63,565 nucleotides of DNA, filler included, from Deltaproteobacteria bacterium (GCA_013151235.1; 2 parts of 2 records of this genome joined end to end with filler, not necessarily neighbours in it); one strand, 5' to 3'; positions 20,565 through 31,028 are shown, numbered from the whole stretch's first letter. Made by a program: numbers and translations. Notes: generated by a model not told the origin, from the sequence alone.

Positions 20565-21287
20565 ATGAGAGCTTCTTCTCCCCCCGGCAGCCGGAGTATA
20601 TGGATTGGCGGCACACTACTGTCCCTGCTCCTTTTTCTGGCCAATTATCTTGTATTCCAGAACCTGATACAAGGACCGGCCTTTTTCCATCCGGAAGCGG
20701 GGAGATACACGGTCAGCACCATCGCCCTCCTCATCCCTCAACACCAGACCGCCTTGTCCCATGAGTCCCTTTCGGGAATCAAGAAACGGGAGCATATCCG
20801 AACACTTGTTTTTCAGAATTTCAGGGGAATCTCACTAAAAGAACGAACGGAACTCTTTGATGTAATCTACAATCAGAGCCAGGCCATGGAGATCGACCCC
20901 TATCTTACCCTCTCCATTATCGCCACGGAAAGTTCCTTCCGCCGCAAGGCCATTTCCTGGGCCGGAGCCTACGGACTGATGCAGATCAAACCGATCACGG
21001 CGGAGGAAGTCGCAGACGATCTGGGCATCCCCTGGGAAGGAGAAAAGACCCTCTTCGACCCTGTCGTCAATATCACTCTCGGGTTGAAATACCTCTCTAA
21101 TCTCAAGAAGAGATTCGGCAATATGAACGACGCTCTGACCGCCTACAATTACGGCCCGCAGTACGTTGTCAGTTGCCTAAGAAAGGACAAGAAACTACCG
21201 AATAACTATGTGGCGAAAATTGAGGAACATCTGAAAAGATACGGATTAAACCACCACAGCCTGCTTCAGCACAACGAACCGGTCTGA
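20565..21287 (+). CDS. Lytic transglycosylase (SLT domain)
   Basis: ATESSF, GAYGLMQI, AYNYGP; start uncertain (20523-20565). Confidence 0.88.
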   Translation: MRASSPPGSRSIWIGGTLLSLLLFLANYLVFQNLIQGPAFFHPEAGRYTVSTIALLIPQHQTALSHESLSGIKKREHIRTLVFQNFRGISLKERTELFDVIYNQSQAMEIDPYLTLSIIATESSFRRKAISWAGAYGLMQIKPITAEEVADDLGIPWEGEKTLFDPVVNITLGLKYLSNLKKRFGNMNDALTAYNYGPQYVVSCLRKDKKLPNNYVAKIEEHLKRYGLNHHSLLQHNEPV

Positions 21288-21316
21288 AACCCTGCCTTCC
21301 CGCGATCCTTTAAACC

Positions 21317-21523
21317 TTGATGAAGTCGTAAAAAGTCATTTCCCGGATACCGTTCATGGTTCGACAAGCTACCGAGCATGTGGTTCGGCAAGCTCACCAT
21401 GCTCGGAAGCCGGTCGAACCACACGAACGGAATATCAATAACTTACATCGTTCGCCCTGAGTACGCCTGTCCTGAGCCAGCCGAAGGGTCGAAGGGCTTC
21501 GTGACTTTTTACGAGACCATCAA
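21317..21523 (+). repeat. Palindromic MITE/REP-like element, full copy
   Basis: Terminal IRs TTGATGAAGTCGTAAAAAGTC / GACTTTTTACGAGACCATCAA with nested TTCGACAAGCT-type hairpins; lies between convergent genes. Confidence 0.85.
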
Positions 21524-21526
21524 TCT

Positions 21527-21811
21527 TCAGTCCTTGCCAATGGTAGTCGTACTGCAAGAGGAGCAGGAATCCTTGCTCTTCCCTTTTTTATCACAAACCG
21601 TTGAACTCTCTTTCTTGGGAGCGGACCCGTTCCCGTTGGCATATCCGTCTGAGTACCAACCGCCCCCTTTCAAAGAAAAGGACGTAAAGGAAATCAGACG
21701 ATGCACGGAACCTGCACACTGCTTACAAATCGTTAAAGGTTCGTCGTCCATCCCCTGGGACACTTCGAATTCCGCACCGCAATCATTGCATCTGTATTCA
21801 TAAATCGGCAT
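21527..21811 (-). CDS. FmdB-family zinc-ribbon protein
   Basis: MPIYEYRCNDC...CKQC...FSLKGGGWY. Confidence 0.9.
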   Translation of the reverse strand: MPIYEYRCNDCGAEFEVSQGMDDEPLTICKQCAGSVHRLISFTSFSLKGGGWYSDGYANGNGSAPKKESSTVCDKKGKSKDSCSSCSTTTIGKD

Positions 21812-21935
21812 TACAAGAACCTCCTGAGTCTTTATCATACTATAATCATTCAAATGGTAAAATCAAGGCAAAAATCGCACAGTCGCAATAATTGACTCGC
21901 AACCGGCTGGGATAAGGCCGTTTAAGGGAATTATC

Positions 21936-21964
21936 TTGACAACCGGAAAACCTCTGTGTAGTTT
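21936..21964 (+). promoter_or_regulatory. sigma70 promoter of tRNA-Leu
   Basis: TTGACA-17-TAGTTT just upstream of the tRNA. Confidence 0.6.
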
Positions 21965-21986
21965 AAAAGTCGTTCTAAATTTCCAT

Positions 21987-22073
21987 GCCGGAGTGGTGAA
22001 ATTGGTAGACGCACGGGACTCAAAATCCCGCGGGGGCAACCCCGTGCCGGTTCGATTCCGGCCTCCGGCACCA
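21987..22073 (+). tRNA. tRNA-Leu (CAA)
   Basis: Cloverleaf with anticodon loop CT-CAA-AA, long variable arm, GGTTCGATTCC and encoded CCA. Confidence 0.97.
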
Positions 22074-22351
22074 GTCTTTGCCTGGAGTGAGGCAAGAAGT
22101 AAAGACGGTTCCTCGGCATTCTCTTTTCGCTTTCAGCTCCGCCATGACAGTAGCCCGAAAGGCAACGCCGGGCTTCTCCGGAGTGTTCACCGCAAACACT
22201 CCCGACTTCACTTGGGCAAGCCATCCGGACGGACCGTCTTTTCCCCTCCCTTTTGCACAAGCAGGTTTAGAGATGCAACCGAATCATCCGCTCCACAAGG
22301 ATCATGGATCATCATTCTTCCGGTCTGCCGATTCTGCCCGGGGATAAGCAA

Positions 22352-23539
22352 ATGGCTGACATTTTTTCCCATCCTGATGTCATCATTATCGGTGCGGGTG
22401 CATCCGGTCTGATGTGTGCCATCGAGGCCGGGAATCGGGGGCGCCGGGTCTTATGCCTCGATCATGGTAACACGATCGCGAAGAAGGTTCTGGTCTCCGG
22501 TGGGGGAAACTGCAATTTCACCAACCGGGAAATCAGTCCCGACCATTATGAATCTCAAAACCGACACTTCTGCAAATCGGCCCTGGCAAGATACGGACAG
22601 TATAACTTTTTGTCCTTACTCGACAAGCACGGAATTTCCTACCATGAAAAGGATTCGGGCAGACTCTTTTGTAACCACTCGTCAAAGGCCATTGTAAAGA
22701 TGCTCCTTGATGAATGCCGCAAGGCCGGAGTCGTAATCCGAACGGAATGCGCCATCCAAAAGATATGGAAGGACAAGGCCTTTTACATTGAGACCGGCTG
22801 CGGAGATTTCCTGTCGGAGTCCCTCGTGGTGGCCACGGGGGGACTTTCCTATCCCGGGATGGGTGCCACCGGCCTGGGCTATCGCATTGCCGAGCAGTTC
22901 GGGCTGGCGGTCGTCAAGCCGAGACCCGCCCTGGTGCCGCTACTGTTCAATGATGAAGATGCAAAACACTTTCAGGGGCTGCAGGGGATCACTCTTGACG
23001 TTGAGGTACGTTGCAGGAAAAAACGGTTCCGGGACAGTCTCCTCTTTACCCACCAAGGGTTGAGCGGCCCGGCGATACTACGGATCTCGTCCTTCCGATA
23101 CCCGAACGATCCCCTGACGATCGATCTGTTACCGGATTTCAATCTTGCGGCCTACCTTAAACAACAGAAAAGCCTCCGGCCTGAATCCCAGATCAAAACC
23201 CTTCTCGCGGGTCGTCTCCCGGGCCGGCTGGCACAGCGATTGTGCGACCTCCGGGTCCGAAAGGGCCCCCTCGGAGAGATCCCGGACAAGGAACTACAAA
23301 AAATCGACCGGCTTTTTCATCACTGGGAATGGGTCCCGGCAGGGACGGCGGGGTACAACCGTGCGGAAGTCACCCTGGGCGGCGTCGATACGGAGGCGCT
23401 CTCCTCGAAAACGATGGAGGCAAAAGAGGTGAAAGGGTTATATTTCGTCGGAGAGGTGGTCGATATTACGGGCGATCTCGGCGGATACAACCTGCAGTGG
23501 GCCTGGTCCTCAGGATATTGCGCAGGTCAATACGTGTAG
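22352..23539 (+). CDS. HI0933/BaiN-family flavoprotein
   Basis: GAGASG, SGGGNCNFTN, ATGGLSYP, GGYNLQWAWSSG. Confidence 0.93.
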   Translation: MADIFSHPDVIIIGAGASGLMCAIEAGNRGRRVLCLDHGNTIAKKVLVSGGGNCNFTNREISPDHYESQNRHFCKSALARYGQYNFLSLLDKHGISYHEKDSGRLFCNHSSKAIVKMLLDECRKAGVVIRTECAIQKIWKDKAFYIETGCGDFLSESLVVATGGLSYPGMGATGLGYRIAEQFGLAVVKPRPALVPLLFNDEDAKHFQGLQGITLDVEVRCRKKRFRDSLLFTHQGLSGPAILRISSFRYPNDPLTIDLLPDFNLAAYLKQQKSLRPESQIKTLLAGRLPGRLAQRLCDLRVRKGPLGEIPDKELQKIDRLFHHWEWVPAGTAGYNRAEVTLGGVDTEALSSKTMEAKEVKGLYFVGEVVDITGDLGGYNLQWAWSSGYCAGQYV

Positions 23540-23622
23540 ATAAGGCGGGGCATGCTTCAGACGCACCCAACCTTCCGGAATTTTGGATCGGATATTTCCC
23601 GGCGGAAGCTTACCCTTCGTCA

Positions 23623-24828
23623 TCAACCTTTTTTGATCCCTCCGGCAATCAGGACAGGGTCGCTTTTGGCCGATACGGAATAGTGCGGATCCTCGTAAGG
23701 CCGGGACCGGTTTCGGTAGGTTCGTGTGAAACAATCCCCAAACCCCGCAGCCGAAAGAAGGGATAAGACCCACCCCAACCGTTCAAAGGGGTGCAATTCC
23801 ATCCAGAGAGGCATTGCCTCCGTGCTAAACCAGCAATCGGTAAACCCGACCATAAAAGACCCGCCCGGTTGCAAAACCCGGTGGACCTCCCCGATAACCT
23901 GCTCCGGTCTCCTCAAGGACTCCATGGAATGACTGAGAAGAACAAGATCAAAGGAATTCTCCGGGAAAGGGAGTCCGGAAGCTTCATTGAGATCGTGGAC
24001 CACCCGCCTGGTAAGGAGAGGGTTCTCCGCCATATCCCCTTCATCTCTTCCCAGGCCGACTACCTCTTTTTCCTCACCCCGGGGGAGATGAGATCGGGCA
24101 CCGCTCATCAGATCAAGAATACGGCTGCCGGGTTTCACCTGTTCGCGATAGACCTCTCCCAGAATCCGGCTTGACTCTTTATCGACACGACTATCAGATC
24201 TCAACCCGGTATCAAATGGCCGCCCCCCTTCCTCCGCCTGCCCCGTGACGGGGGTCGATCCGTAATCGATCATCATCCCCGGCACCGGGGCCTGCATACC
24301 GGGACCGCCGAGGATAACCTCTTCCCCCCAATGGTGGACCTGCCCTCCCCGTTCTCTTTTGCTGTGCCGGACCGCCCGGATCAGGATTTTCAGATCCGTA
24401 TCCATCTCCGCCAGGGGATGATTGAGGTCCATGGTGATCATTTCTTCTCCAATGTCAATCACCCGCATAGGAAGAATATTCTCAGGATAAATCCCAGGGA
24501 CCCCGGTCATCAGCCCACAGGGATAGAAACGGCCCAACCGGGGTGTAATCGGGCTCTCGTTTCCGGCCGTTTTCCCGAACTGTTCAGGACGGATCTGATG
24601 AATCAGGTTCTTCTCCCGGGGCGGGATCATGGTTCCGGCAGGAAAGTGGAAGGCAAGCTCCTCCCCCTCCGATCGGCCCATAAGTTCTTCCATAACCCCG
24701 TCGGGCAAGAGGTCGCGCCAGGTATTCAGGCGGGGGACATAAAAACCGTCGTGGTGAGAAACATTCCGGCTCGCCCAGTTCAGGGTCAGGTCCAATTCTA
24801 CAAGTGAGTGATCATCGATTCGGGTCAT
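23623..24828 (-). CDS. Class I SAM methyltransferase with N-terminal SlyD/FKBP-like domain
   Basis: DLNHPLA (SlyD-like), then ILDLMSG..SHLP, HDLN and LPFPENSFD. Confidence 0.75.
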   Translation of the reverse strand: MTRIDDHSLVELDLTLNWASRNVSHHDGFYVPRLNTWRDLLPDGVMEELMGRSEGEELAFHFPAGTMIPPREKNLIHQIRPEQFGKTAGNESPITPRLGRFYPCGLMTGVPGIYPENILPMRVIDIGEEMITMDLNHPLAEMDTDLKILIRAVRHSKRERGGQVHHWGEEVILGGPGMQAPVPGMMIDYGSTPVTGQAEEGGRPFDTGLRSDSRVDKESSRILGEVYREQVKPGSRILDLMSGARSHLPRGEEKEVVGLGRDEGDMAENPLLTRRVVHDLNEASGLPFPENSFDLVLLSHSMESLRRPEQVIGEVHRVLQPGGSFMVGFTDCWFSTEAMPLWMELHPFERLGWVLSLLSAAGFGDCFTRTYRNRSRPYEDPHYSVSAKSDPVLIAGGIKKG

Positions 24829-25043
24829 ACAGGGCACCTCCACGTATAGACATAAAAGGAATTCTCCTTCATATTGCCTGAAACGCCCTTCGAAAACAAC
24901 ACCCGATTCACACCTCCCGGATATCACTGCTTCCGGGTTGTACCACCGGGCCGGGACAAGGCCGGATACGTCACAAAAAAAGGAGGGAGACATATCTCTC
25001 CCTCCTTTTCAGGTCAATGGGTTCGAGTCAATGGATATCAAGA

Positions 25044-25355
25044 TCAGCCGCCGACATATCCCCCGGAAAAGTCTTTCTCTTTGGAAAAGTCCATCGTGGG
25101 CACGGACGCCGTGCTTTCCACATTTTCATGGAACCGTTCCCAGTCAAAGGGACAGGCCCGCTCCAGAATCTCCAGTTTCCAGTCAATCGTCTTAATGATT
25201 TCACGGAGATGACCAGCATGATCGTGGACCGCAACCTTGTCCTTCCCGGTCAAGCCTTCCACCTGATCAACAAAACCGAGCAGCCGGTTTTTCATCCCAT
25301 AAAGTTCCACACAAAGTGAATCACAGTAGTTTCTAATATCATTTTTAGCAGCCAT
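25044..25355 (-). CDS. Hypothetical helical protein (YC...CPxDW)
   Basis: 103-aa ORF with AGGAG RBS and an upstream TTGACA promoter-like site. Confidence 0.65.
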   Translation of the reverse strand: MAAKNDIRNYCDSLCVELYGMKNRLLGFVDQVEGLTGKDKVAVHDHAGHLREIIKTIDWKLEILERACPFDWERFHENVESTASVPTMDFSKEKDFSGGYVGG

Positions 25356-25825
25356 AATCTCGTCTCCTAAATTCCGGCATCAAGCCCCTTAAGGGAACGC
25401 CGTTTCAAGTCCTTCTTCCCAAGAAAGTTTTCCTCTCCATCAGGCCCAGCCTCTCTTCCGGATCCAGGGCGCCTCTTCCACTTCTTATTCACTACTTAAC
25501 CGGAAATTCCTGATCTTGTCAACCGTGATCAAACTGTTATTCTTCGGTAAAGTTTTTCCCTCAATGATCGACAAATGGGAGGAAGAATGCCGCCCGGAGA
25601 ATCCCCGGGAAAGGCTCTCTTCCATACCATCCACTCATAACTAAAGATTCAGATGCACCTTACAAAGAGTTTTCAAAGTTGGCAAAAAATACGGCGCCGC
25701 AGAAAGGACGGTTGAAATCCAGACGGAATTGATGTATTTTACGGAACGCATCTGTTGGAGTTTTCAACTTCCTCCCCGGATATTCCCGGAAAACGGAAAG
25801 AAAGGTACCCTTGTCTACCCCTTCT

Positions 25826-27601
25826 ATGAAGATAACGAAACACCTCCGGAAAGTCGTCAATGAAAAGATTCATGCCTTCCGGATCTCGGACCAGACCTTC
25901 CTGGTCCTCACATCCTTTTTCGTGGGGGTTGTCAGCGGCCTGGCCTACATTGCCCTCCGAAAGACCGTCGACACTGTCCACGAAATCATCGTTGTACGGG
26001 GCGATCAGTTGATCGGGCTCATACATCATCACTGGGCCTTCCTGCTGGTTCCTCTCATTCCCATGGCCGGGGCGTTGTTGTTGATTCCCCTTTTGAAGCT
26101 CTTCCCGAACGAGATCGGAGGTTACGGGTTCCCCAATTTTCTGGAAGAGGTCAATATCCGGGGGGGGATTATCAAGCTGCGCGCAATCCTTCTGAAGATG
26201 CTCGGCCCGGCTCTGACCATCGGCAGCGGCGGCTCGGCCGGGCTGGAAGGCCCGATCGCCCAGATCGGCGGGGCGATCGGATCCAATACGGGCCAATTCT
26301 TCAAGGTCTCGGGAAACCGGATGAAAATCCTGATCGCCTGTGGAACGGCCGGAGGAATCGCCGCCACGTTCAACGCCCCCATCGCGGGGGTTTTCTTCGC
26401 ACTTGAGATTGTCCTGCTGGGAGATTTCACCCTCACGAACTTCGCCCCCATCGTCATCTCTTCGGGGATCGCCACGGTCATTTCGCGGGGATATTTCGGC
26501 GCCAATCCAATCTTCCAGGTCCGGGAATACTCGGTGGTGAGCAACTGGGAACTGTTCCTCTATGTCGTCATGGGGGTCCAGATCGGAATCTCCGCCGTAA
26601 TCTATATCTTCATGTTCTACAAGACGGCCGACTTCTTTGAATCACTCCGGATCCACCCCCTGGTCAAACCGATTATCGGAGCATTCTTCGTCGGGGCTAT
26701 CGGAATCTTCTATCCGCAGATCATGGGGCACGGTTACGAGACAATCAACAAAGCCCTTCGTGGTGAGATCTTTTACGGACTGATGATTCTTCTTGTCTTG
26801 TTGAAAATGATCGCGACCAGCCTCACCTTGGGCTCCGGCGGAGCGGGAGGGATGTTCGGCCCGGCACTCTACATCGGCGTCATGATCGGCGGCGGGTATG
26901 GAGGAATCGTCCATCATTTTTTCCCCGCCCACACGGCCCCCGTCGGCGCCTACGCCCTGGTCGGCATGGGAGCATTCCTCGCCGCCGTGACCCACGCTCC
27001 CTTAACGGCGATCTTTCTTCTCTTCGAACTGACGCAGGACTACCGCATCATCCTCCCCGTCATGTTCGCCAGCGTGATCGGAACCCTCATCGCAAGGGCA
27101 CTGAAGCACGACTCCATCGACACGGAAGCCCTCAGCCGTCGGGGGATCAATCTCCATGCCGGCCGGGAGGTCAACACCCTGCAGTCGGTCCGGGTCGAAG
27201 AGGTCATGAGTCGAAAGGTCACGAAGATCCCCGAACACATGCCCTTTGACATGATCCTTAAGGTGGCCACAACCAGCGATATCCTTTATTTTCCGGTCGT
27301 CGACGGTGACGGTCTGATGACGGGAATCCTCTCCTTCCAGGACCTGAAGGAATCACTCTTCGAAGAGGATCTGAAAAAATTCATCGTGGCACGAGACCTG
27401 GCCTATCCGAACGTAACGACCGTCACACCCGAGGACCATCTCGATTTCGTCATGGAGCAGTTCGGACGGATGGACCTGGAGGTTCTCCCGGTCGTCGACT
27501 ACGATAACCGGCGGAAGATCCTCGGCATGATCAGCCGCCGGGATGTCGTAACGGCCTATAACCAGGCCCTGCTGAAAAGGAAAATCTCCCATGGCGGATG
27601 A
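25826..27601 (+). CDS. ClC-family chloride channel/antiporter with CBS pair
   Basis: GSAGLEGP, FNAPIAG, GGMFGP, HAPLTA; C-terminal CBS domains. Confidence 0.93.
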   Translation: MKITKHLRKVVNEKIHAFRISDQTFLVLTSFFVGVVSGLAYIALRKTVDTVHEIIVVRGDQLIGLIHHHWAFLLVPLIPMAGALLLIPLLKLFPNEIGGYGFPNFLEEVNIRGGIIKLRAILLKMLGPALTIGSGGSAGLEGPIAQIGGAIGSNTGQFFKVSGNRMKILIACGTAGGIAATFNAPIAGVFFALEIVLLGDFTLTNFAPIVISSGIATVISRGYFGANPIFQVREYSVVSNWELFLYVVMGVQIGISAVIYIFMFYKTADFFESLRIHPLVKPIIGAFFVGAIGIFYPQIMGHGYETINKALRGEIFYGLMILLVLLKMIATSLTLGSGGAGGMFGPALYIGVMIGGGYGGIVHHFFPAHTAPVGAYALVGMGAFLAAVTHAPLTAIFLLFELTQDYRIILPVMFASVIGTLIARALKHDSIDTEALSRRGINLHAGREVNTLQSVRVEEVMSRKVTKIPEHMPFDMILKVATTSDILYFPVVDGDGLMTGILSFQDLKESLFEEDLKKFIVARDLAYPNVTTVTPEDHLDFVMEQFGRMDLEVLPVVDYDNRRKILGMISRRDVVTAYNQALLKRKISHGG

Positions 27602-29774
27602 ACAAAATTACCTGATCGACAGCCTCAACCCTCAGCAGCGGGAGGCGGTCCTCCATGAAGGGGGGCCTTTGCTGATTCTCGCAGGCGCCGGCTCCGGGAA
27701 AACCCGGGTCATTACCCATCGGATTGCCCACCTGATCCGGGAAGGGGGCATTCATCCTCAGCAGATCCTGGCAGTCACCTTCACCAACAAGGCGGCGCGG
27801 GAGATGCGGGAACGGGTGGAACGGCTTCTGCAGCGGAACTGCCGCGGTCTCTGGATCTCAACCTTCCACTCGGCCTGTGCCCGATTGCTCAGAAGTCACA
27901 TCTCCCTGCTGGGTTACACCTCCAACTTCGTCATCTATGATACGGCCGACCAGAAAGCAATGATTCGCGCCTGCATGAAGGAATTGAACATCAATGAAAA
28001 AATGTATACACCCGACTCCATCCTCGGCCGGATCAGCCGGGCCAAGAACGATCTCATCAGTTCGGATGATTATGCCGCTACGGCGCAGGAGTTCGGTGCC
28101 GAGGCAAAAACCGCACAGGTCTATGAACTCTACCGGAAGACACTGAAAGGGAGCAACGCCCTCGATTTCGATGATCTCCTTTTCCTCACCGTCCGGCTGT
28201 TCGAAGAAGAAGCCGAAATCCGCCTCCAATACCAGGAGCGTTTCCAACATATTCTCGTCGATGAATACCAGGACACCAACCACGCCCAGTACCGTTTGAT
28301 TAAAATCCTGGCGGCCGGACATCGCAATCTCTGCGTCGTCGGTGACGATGATCAGGGAATCTACAGCTGGCGGGGAGCGGATATCGGGAACATTCTCTCT
28401 TTCCGGGAGGATTATCCCGACCTGAAGGTCATCCAGTTGGAACAAAATTATCGATCCACCCAAAATATCCTTACTGCCGCCTGGCACGTGGTCGAGCGAA
28501 ACCGGGACCGGGAACCCAAAAAACTCTGGACCGAAAATGGGGAGGGGGAACAACTCGACTATTTTGAAGCGCCGGATGAAATGGAGGAAACCGACTTCGT
28601 CTGCAGAACCGTCAGCAGCCATCGGAACGAAGGGATGCACCTGTCCGACATGGCCGTCTTCTACCGGACCAACGCCCAGTCCCGGGTCCTGGAAGAAGGG
28701 ATGCGGAAATACGGACTCCCCTACCGGGTGGTCGGGGGACTGCGGTTCTATGATCGGAAAGAGGTGCGGGATCTGCTGGCCTATCTCCGGGTCATTGCAA
28801 ACCCGAAAGACTCCGTCAACCTGAGGCGGATCCTCAACGTCCCCCCCCGGGGGATCGGAGCCACCACCCTAGCTCGGCTTGAAGAACTGGGGATGGAACG
28901 AAGATGCACCCTCTACGAAGCCCTGAAAGCATCGCAGGAAATCGACCGGATCTCCAAGCGACCCCGCCGGGAGATCGGCGCCTTTCTGCAGATTATGGGT
29001 GAACTGATCGAAGCCAAAGAATCGCACCCCCCTTCCTTCCTTTTAGAGGAGATTGACCGCCGGATCGGTTACACCAAAAAGCTGAAGGAGTCCAAAGATC
29101 CTACCGACAGCACGCGCCTGGAGAACATCCAGGAGCTTTACTCGGCACTGAAGGCATTTGAAGAGGACGCCGAAGACAGCCGACTTGAAGCCTTTCTGGA
29201 GAGTGTGGCCCTCATCTCCGATGCGGATACGGCGAAGACCGACGCCGGGGTGATCACCCTCATGACCCTCCACAGCGCCAAGGGGCTGGAATTCCCCGTC
29301 GTCTTTCTCACCGGCATGGAAGAAGGGCTCTTTCCCCACGGCATGAGTCTTCGTTCCGAATCGGGTCTGGAAGAAGAACGTCGGCTCTGCTACGTCGGCA
29401 TGACCCGGGCCAAGGAGAAACTCTATCTGACCTCCGCCCAATCTCGCCGGGTATTCGGGACCTACCGGGCCGGAATCCCTTCCCGCTTCCTCCGGGAGAT
29501 CCCTGCGAAGCTTTTGAACCGCCATGGGGCGGCAACACCCCGCCGACCCGCTTTCCGTTCCGCCGCAACGTCCCCCTCCTCTTCCACTGCGGCTACAGCT
29601 ACGGCCGCCGCCACCCCCTTTGCCGTGGGGTGCCGTGTCCGCCATCCCCTCTGGGGGTTCGGTACCGTCACCACCTCCATCCCCACCGACCGGGGCGCCA
29701 AAGTCACCGTCCACTTTCAGCAAGTCGGCTCCAAAAAGCTCATTGCCGAGCTGGCGGGACTACAGCCAATCTGA
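27591..29774 (+). CDS. pcrA: ATP-dependent DNA helicase PcrA/UvrD
   Basis: AGAGSGKT, DEYQD, QNYRS, HSAKGLEF, EERRLCYVGMTRA; C-terminal Tudor-like domain. Confidence 0.95.
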   Translation: MADEQNYLIDSLNPQQREAVLHEGGPLLILAGAGSGKTRVITHRIAHLIREGGIHPQQILAVTFTNKAAREMRERVERLLQRNCRGLWISTFHSACARLLRSHISLLGYTSNFVIYDTADQKAMIRACMKELNINEKMYTPDSILGRISRAKNDLISSDDYAATAQEFGAEAKTAQVYELYRKTLKGSNALDFDDLLFLTVRLFEEEAEIRLQYQERFQHILVDEYQDTNHAQYRLIKILAAGHRNLCVVGDDDQGIYSWRGADIGNILSFREDYPDLKVIQLEQNYRSTQNILTAAWHVVERNRDREPKKLWTENGEGEQLDYFEAPDEMEETDFVCRTVSSHRNEGMHLSDMAVFYRTNAQSRVLEEGMRKYGLPYRVVGGLRFYDRKEVRDLLAYLRVIANPKDSVNLRRILNVPPRGIGATTLARLEELGMERRCTLYEALKASQEIDRISKRPRREIGAFLQIMGELIEAKESHPPSFLLEEIDRRIGYTKKLKESKDPTDSTRLENIQELYSALKAFEEDAEDSRLEAFLESVALISDADTAKTDAGVITLMTLHSAKGLEFPVVFLTGMEEGLFPHGMSLRSESGLEEERRLCYVGMTRAKEKLYLTSAQSRRVFGTYRAGIPSRFLREIPAKLLNRHGAATPRRPAFRSAATSPSSSTAATATAAATPFAVGCRVRHPLWGFGTVTTSIPTDRGAKVTVHFQQVGSKKLIAELAGLQPI

Positions 29775-30053
29775 ACACTCGAAAAGGTCTTTAAGTGATC
29801 AATCAGTTTTTTTACATATATTATGGAAGGTTTTCTCCCTTTCTATACTTACGCTAACCATTATACCCAGACTTCGCTCATTTTATATCTCGATCGCTCC
29901 CCTCTCGAAAAGTCTTCACTATCCTGCCCTATCCTGCCAATCAGAGCGGCAAGTTCAGCATCATCACGGATAACAGATTCCCGTGCTGATGTCAATATAT
30001 AAATAGCGAAGTCTGACCCCAGCCAGGATTTGGCATGAGAAGGATGTATCATA

Positions 30054-30133
30054 TTTCCAAAGCTGTCAATAAAAATGGTCGCTGTCCCTATTTTCCAAAG
30101 CTGTCAATAAAAATGGTCGCTGTCCCTATTTTC
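30054..30133. repeat. 38-bp tandem duplication
   Basis: TTTCCAAAGCTGTCAATAAAAATGGTCGCTGTCCCTAT present twice, adjacent. Confidence 0.9.
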
Positions 30134-30914
30134 TTCCGATGCGATAAAAAATCAACCGTACTCGTCCAGTGTTATCTATTTGCTCTTCAAACGATTTTCT
30201 TATAACTTTTCTGAAAGCATCCACATATTCTTTGGATACTGGAATGTTATAATATTTACTGTTTAAATATCCTGCTGCCGCTCCCGATTCAAATATCTTA
30301 TATACTTCTTCCGGCGATTGATATGTGACAACTTTATCAATCCATGATTTTTCGACCGTAAAATCTGCCTCTTCGAACAATCTAGTATAATCTTCAGATG
30401 TGTTCAGAAAAAGCCAAGGAGATGTAAAACTTGAAAATATATCTTTCGTTAGTTCGCTTCTCTTTACTGAATCTATTGCCTCAATAAAATTTGGACAATA
30501 ATCTTCTCTCGCAGGAGCCTGTATAGCTATTTTACCTTTATTCTTTAGTGCGTTATGACACGATACAAGAGCCTTTTTATGATCTTTGAACCATTGGAAT
30601 GCTGAATTGCAGAAAACTATTTCAAATTCATTTTTGTAATCAAGTTCCTCAGCATGGCAATTACGAAATGTGATCCCTTGGTTTGAGTATTTTTCTTTTG
30701 CTTTTTCTATCATCCCCTCCGACGGATCGACGCCAACAACTTTACCGCTTGTTTTTGCTCTAATGACTTTTGAAATATGGCCTGTCCCACAACCAAGATC
30801 AAGCACATTATCATTTGGTTGTATGTCAAGCAAATCAAACAGAACTTCACTTGCAGATCTTTGAACTATAGCATCATTCTCATATTTCGATGATATCTCA
30901 GTGAAATTTGCCAT
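30126..30914 (-). CDS. Class I SAM-dependent methyltransferase (integron cassette gene, AT-rich)
   Basis: VLDLGCGTG, GVDPSEGM, FCNSAFQW; directly downstream of an attC. Confidence 0.85.
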   Translation of the reverse strand: MANFTEISSKYENDAIVQRSASEVLFDLLDIQPNDNVLDLGCGTGHISKVIRAKTSGKVVGVDPSEGMIEKAKEKYSNQGITFRNCHAEELDYKNEFEIVFCNSAFQWFKDHKKALVSCHNALKNKGKIAIQAPAREDYCPNFIEAIDSVKRSELTKDIFSSFTSPWLFLNTSEDYTRLFEEADFTVEKSWIDKVVTYQSPEEVYKIFESGAAAGYLNSKYYNIPVSKEYVDAFRKVIRKSFEEQIDNTGRVRLIFYRIGRK

Positions 30915-30934
30915 TATTGGCATTTCCTTTCTAT

Positions 30935-31028
30935 GGCTAATGCGCGAGTTGACCGACTTTTTGCCCTGGCAATGGGCGCTTGCGCCCGATTGACGGGGCA
31001 AAAAGTCAGGTCGAACGACTGGTTCGCG
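30935..31028 (-). mobile_element. Integron attC site 2 (degenerate R')
   Basis: R'' CGCGAAC, 5 nt, L'' GTTCGACC, stem GACTTTTTGCCC/GGGCAAAAAGTC, L' GGTCAAC, 6 nt, R' ATTAGCC. Confidence 0.75.

Noticed and set aside
25826-27601. CLC-F fluoride exporter
   Set aside because: Lacks the GNNLI, GREGT and GEVTP signatures and has no upstream fluoride riboswitch
30054-30133. CRISPR array (also the 23-bp repeats at 61420-61485)
   Set aside because: Repeats are directly adjacent with no spacers; no cas genes in the window
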